A stretch of 64,000 bases of DNA from a virus (lineage: Duplodnaviria; Caudoviricetes): positions 160,001 through 224,000 of the IMG/VR virus record IMGVR_UViG_3300011560_000001. The stretch is one strand, 5' to 3'. Shown here piece after piece: positions 60,693 through 64,000 of this stretch; the first letter of the stretch is position 1; every line of letters begins with the position of its first letter. The translations under genes were made by a program, and so were the position numbers. A model generated the notes under the pieces. The model did no database searches. It worked only from the letters and a program-made list of their open reading frames with translations, and had not been told where the DNA came from.

Positions 60693-61199
60693 ATGATGAA
60701 GAAAATCTACGCGATCGTTCTTGGTATGTTGATGGTGCTTTCTCTGGGTGGGTGTGCTACGCTGGAAGGTTTACCGAACCTGGATAAAGACCTGACGCAA
60801 CTGGTGGGTTTGAAACCAGTCGAGAAGAACAGCAATCTCGCTGTGTATTCTTGCTGGGGTGCAACCCAGGAATTCGAACATTGGAAACCGAAGTTCTCAA
60901 CCACTGAAATCTGGAACGATAAGGTTCTGGTTGTAGACGAAGGTAGTCAATTTACCGTCGACTCTCCGGTAACCGTTTTCGAGTCCACCCAGTTGTATAC
61001 CACGGTGAAAGACTACGTTGACCTGGGGTTCAATACCGCAACCAGCGAACGCTTCTACCGCATGAATAAACCAACATTGTCTTACGCAAGTTCAACCCTG
61101 AACTCGAACGGCGATGGTGTTGGGATGGTCTTCTTCAATTGTTCTACCGACCGTGCATTGATCGCTGATCCCAATTCCGTTGAGGTTATCAGTAAGTAA
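60693..61199 (+). CDS. Lipoprotein
   Basis: MMKK + hydrophobic core + lipobox LGGC. Confidence 0.8.
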   Translation: MMKKIYAIVLGMLMVLSLGGCATLEGLPNLDKDLTQLVGLKPVEKNSNLAVYSCWGATQEFEHWKPKFSTTEIWNDKVLVVDEGSQFTVDSPVTVFESTQLYTTVKDYVDLGFNTATSERFYRMNKPTLSYASSTLNSNGDGVGMVFFNCSTDRALIADPNSVEVISK

Positions 61200-61207
61200 T
61201 TAAGTAT

Positions 61208-61248
61208 GCTCCTCCAACCCGTAAGGGAAGGAGGAGCTGCTATGGCGT
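61208..61248 (+). terminator. Hairpin + TATG element
   Basis: GCTCCTCC...GGAGGAGC then TGCTATGGCG. Confidence 0.6.
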
Positions 61249-61376
61249 CATCGTATGAAATTTCCTTTTTGAGAATAGAAACGAGGTAGAAAATGGCGAT
61301 AGCGCGAACTATAGGGTTCACGTCCAGCACGCATCCGATATCCACCACCTCAACCACCAACGTATAGGACAAGACC

Positions 61377-62018
61377 ATGGCTATAAGTACAGATAAAACA
61401 CCGAATAGTGGCGCACGTTTACAAGATGGTAACGCTTGGTACGACAACACCGATGCTTACTACAACACCATGATCTGCTGGACGTTTGATGTCCGTGATA
61501 TTGCGACACAAGTCCAGAACAATTATCCTGGTGTCAAATACCTCGAATCGATAAGTGGGTATGTAAACGCAAAAGAAAAGAAACATGGGCAAGGTACCAA
61601 CCCTGTTATTATTCCTAATATTCCACCACAGCAATTTACCTCACTTAAGAACATGAGTCCGTCGCTGTGGTGGCATGCGGGTGGGCGCGGTAACAACGGT
61701 AACGTATTTTGCGACTCGCGTAGCCATACCTGGCAACCATGGAACGCGAACGCAAACTGGTCAGCCGTTCCTGTGACTGAATTGTTATCGTCGCCTTTAC
61801 CCGTTGCGTTTGTCTTTAAAGCGGTTTCTGGTAAACATAACGTTGCGGTATGGAATTGCCATCTCTACAATTTAACTTTCTATTATATCCGTCCAGGGTT
61901 CCCAGGATGGGCAGGTAACGTGATGAGCCAGAATGGCAGGGCAGTGCCTGGCTGGGTATCACAACTCGTCAGCGGGAACTGGTTAACTTCCTTCGTGGGC
62001 GGTAAGCAATACATTTAA
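61377..62018 (+). CDS. Trp/Gly-rich hypothetical protein, possible fibre-tip adhesin
   Basis: Tail cluster context; PGFPGWAG..PGW..GNW C-terminus. Confidence 0.5.
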   Translation: MAISTDKTPNSGARLQDGNAWYDNTDAYYNTMICWTFDVRDIATQVQNNYPGVKYLESISGYVNAKEKKHGQGTNPVIIPNIPPQQFTSLKNMSPSLWWHAGGRGNNGNVFCDSRSHTWQPWNANANWSAVPVTELLSSPLPVAFVFKAVSGKHNVAVWNCHLYNLTFYYIRPGFPGWAGNVMSQNGRAVPGWVSQLVSGNWLTSFVGGKQYI

Positions 62019-62040
62019 TTCTAAAGGGCTGAGGTTTTTA

Positions 62041-64000
62041 ATGAAGTTACATGAAACCGCGCAAAATGAAATACTAAGATTGGTCAACGAGAAAAACGGA
62101 CTTTCTCTTACTTCCGACGATGTTGTATTTGCACGTGTTCTATCGGCACCCGAAACAACCTCCATTCTTTTTAAAGGGAAAGATGGAGGCCGATATTACA
62201 AATCCGTATTCGTCTCGATGGTTAAGCGAGACCTCGCCAAGGCGTTCTTGGGAATACCTATCAAGGTTATCATTGAAGAAGATACCCAGTTACGTGAAAT
62301 CGTGCAAACGATCGCTGACCGCTACGGCGTTGCCTTCGATCTTGCGGTTGACTTCCTACAAGAGCAATTAAATAAGACAACAACGACTACTACCACAGGT
62401 CGACAAACCGTTACTTTAACAGCCGGTGACGAAAGTCTGGTCTGGGCAGGCGATCTCGAACTGACCGTCGAAAACCGTAAATTCAATTTAACCAATCTAA
62501 TCCGGGATCTCGATCTTACCGGATTGAAATATCTTCATGACGATAGAACGAAAGGTGATATCGAGTTGTTGATTGCTGGTATCGATCCCGATCGTTTTGC
62601 AGGGCTTGCGAACCTACAACAAGGCGAAGTCATTTACCCAGCCTTAGCTCATCGTATTGCAGATGCGATACGTCGTGAAAACGCACCCGCCGATATCGGT
62701 TTACCAGCGCTACGTGGGTTGTTTGAGAATGCTGCTATTACAAAAGTGGAACGTACGGATCTTGGTGATGCTTACAGCGTTCCAATTAACGCAAACGATC
62801 ATTATCAAGGTACTGCCGTATTCCATCTTAATAATGGCAACCCAAAAGGCGCGCCAACCTACCGCTATGCAAAAGGTACTCGCAATCTTTGGCAACCGAT
62901 GTATTGGATTATCAACGGCCAGTCAACGGAGAATTTCACAATTGTTAGCGAGGACATGACACTATCCGCCACGATGACCTGTCACACCGCTAACGGTCTT
63001 GCGGGAATTGAGTGGCGTATGACAGACACCCTCGATCACGGGTGTATTAGCTACGATCCGATCACATCGTTGCAAAATCTTGTATTTAAAGCCAACATCT
63101 TGTTCGTCGGAGACCAGAGGAACTTCTCAGATACAGAGAATCCACCAGTTCTCACAGTGATTCACAACGATGGTCGTCGACAGTATATCTCATTAACACG
63201 ATATGCAACCAATATCTCAGAGGAGGGTGATTACGCTACAGTAACCATCGATTTCAATGATGCGATGGCGGGATTCTACGCTGACGAAATCATTGACTTG
63301 GACACAGTGTCTTCCCTTATGTTTAGCATGTGTTCTAAGCAATACGATGAGAACGCTTCCGAAGTTGTGTATTTAGACACCCCGGTTTCGCTCGGTATAG
63401 TTATCGAAATACTCCCCATAGACGGTGTTTATCAAGAGATGTTGGTAAACAGACATCAGTGTACGCCTCATGGTATTCGTGCAATAACCGCGTTTGATGA
63501 TCATTACAACATAACACCGGAACGTGTGTTCGAAAACCTTATTTATGCCGGTTATCGAGATGAATTGGTTCATTATGTTGGAATGTCGCATTTTTACGAA
63601 ACGGTTTGGGATGCGAGTGCAGGTAAGCTTCTTGTCGAACGGAATAACACGCCTGTGAATCAGCCGTGTATTAACTGGCACGACGATTTTGCCAAACGTG
63701 CGAAAAAACACGGATTCGCGATAACCATCAGTCTTAGTTACGAGCTGATGAGTACTGCGTGTCCGTACGAATGGGCGCAACAGGACTGGGAAGGAAACAT
63801 CGCAGCAACCGGGTATACGCCACCATCTTGGTTATTGTCTCCATGCAACCAGTATGCGATGGCATGGCTCGGAGACGTGTTAACAACGTTTGCTGATATC
63901 ATCTACCCTCATGTGCAGGATATTTGCGTGCAGGTGGGCGAACCATGGTGGTGGATCAACACAGCGAACAACAAACCGTGTATCTACGATTACCAAACCA
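62041..64000 (+). CDS. Adaptor-domain tail protein with TIM-barrel-like C-terminal domain (N4 gp65 / DUF2460-associated type); 3' end outside window, absent from ORF track
   Basis: Open frame from ATG 62041 to window end; KRDLAKAFLGIP adaptor; DDHYNITPER, HYVGMSH, SLSYEL, TGYTPPS.LLSP, QVGEPWWW. Confidence 0.75.
   Translation, partial: MKLHETAQNEILRLVNEKNGLSLTSDDVVFARVLSAPETTSILFKGKDGGRYYKSVFVSMVKRDLAKAFLGIPIKVIIEEDTQLREIVQTIADRYGVAFDLAVDFLQEQLNKTTTTTTTGRQTVTLTAGDESLVWAGDLELTVENRKFNLTNLIRDLDLTGLKYLHDDRTKGDIELLIAGIDPDRFAGLANLQQGEVIYPALAHRIADAIRRENAPADIGLPALRGLFENAAITKVERTDLGDAYSVPINANDHYQGTAVFHLNNGNPKGAPTYRYAKGTRNLWQPMYWIINGQSTENFTIVSEDMTLSATMTCHTANGLAGIEWRMTDTLDHGCISYDPITSLQNLVFKANILFVGDQRNFSDTENPPVLTVIHNDGRRQYISLTRYATNISEEGDYATVTIDFNDAMAGFYADEIIDLDTVSSLMFSMCSKQYDENASEVVYLDTPVSLGIVIEILPIDGVYQEMLVNRHQCTPHGIRAITAFDDHYNITPERVFENLIYAGYRDELVHYVGMSHFYETVWDASAGKLLVERNNTPVNQPCINWHDDFAKRAKKHGFAITISLSYELMSTACPYEWAQQDWEGNIAATGYTPPSWLLSPCNQYAMAWLGDVLTTFADIIYPHVQDICVQVGEPWWWINTANNKPCIYDYQT

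Noticed and set aside
57114-62018. Invertible fibre cassette or diversity-generating retroelement
   Set aside because: No invertase, reverse transcriptase, inverted alternative fibre end or near-identical template repeat is present in the window.

Overview
This is a 64 kb segment of a nucleus-forming, phiKZ-related jumbo myovirus (Chimalliviridae-like). An enterobacterial host, possibly Goslar-like, is inferred from gene content only; no database search was run. (1) 1-13 kb is the conserved core block: a gp68-like nvRNAP subunit (5' truncated), a PicA/Imp1 (gp69)-like nuclear-import protein, a gp70-like protein, split nvRNAP beta (gp71-73-like) and beta' (gp74-like) subunits, and an SF2 helicase with a class 3 mini-intein in Walker A. 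(2) 13-18 kb holds a CYTH protein, a virion protein with PKD/DUF285 domains and a SNF2 helicase. (3) 18-51 kb is a + strand accessory region opened by TATATTAC early promoters. It encodes HD and metallophosphoesterase hydrolases, a DEDD exonuclease, ThyA, NAD-dependent ligase and a SleB-like hydrolase. (4) 52-64 kb is a tail-appendage cluster. Best novelty candidates: six tandem Myb/SANT-like multi-HTH paralogues coupled to the ligase, followed by a GNAT, an SH3-like barrel, a SAM methyltransferase and a catalytically dead ligase-domain copy; a 69-aa peptide carrying an RNAP active-site-like FQADYDGD motif, one of four small K-x-G-P/C-x-K-G-K/R peptides; a shared N-terminal virion adaptor fused to swappable payloads, one ending in a P2 gpI-like tail directly before a P2 gpH-like fibre; and about 14 oriented hairpin+TATG intergenic elements. 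Family assignments come from motif recognition, and gp numbers are phiKZ homologues recalled from knowledge.
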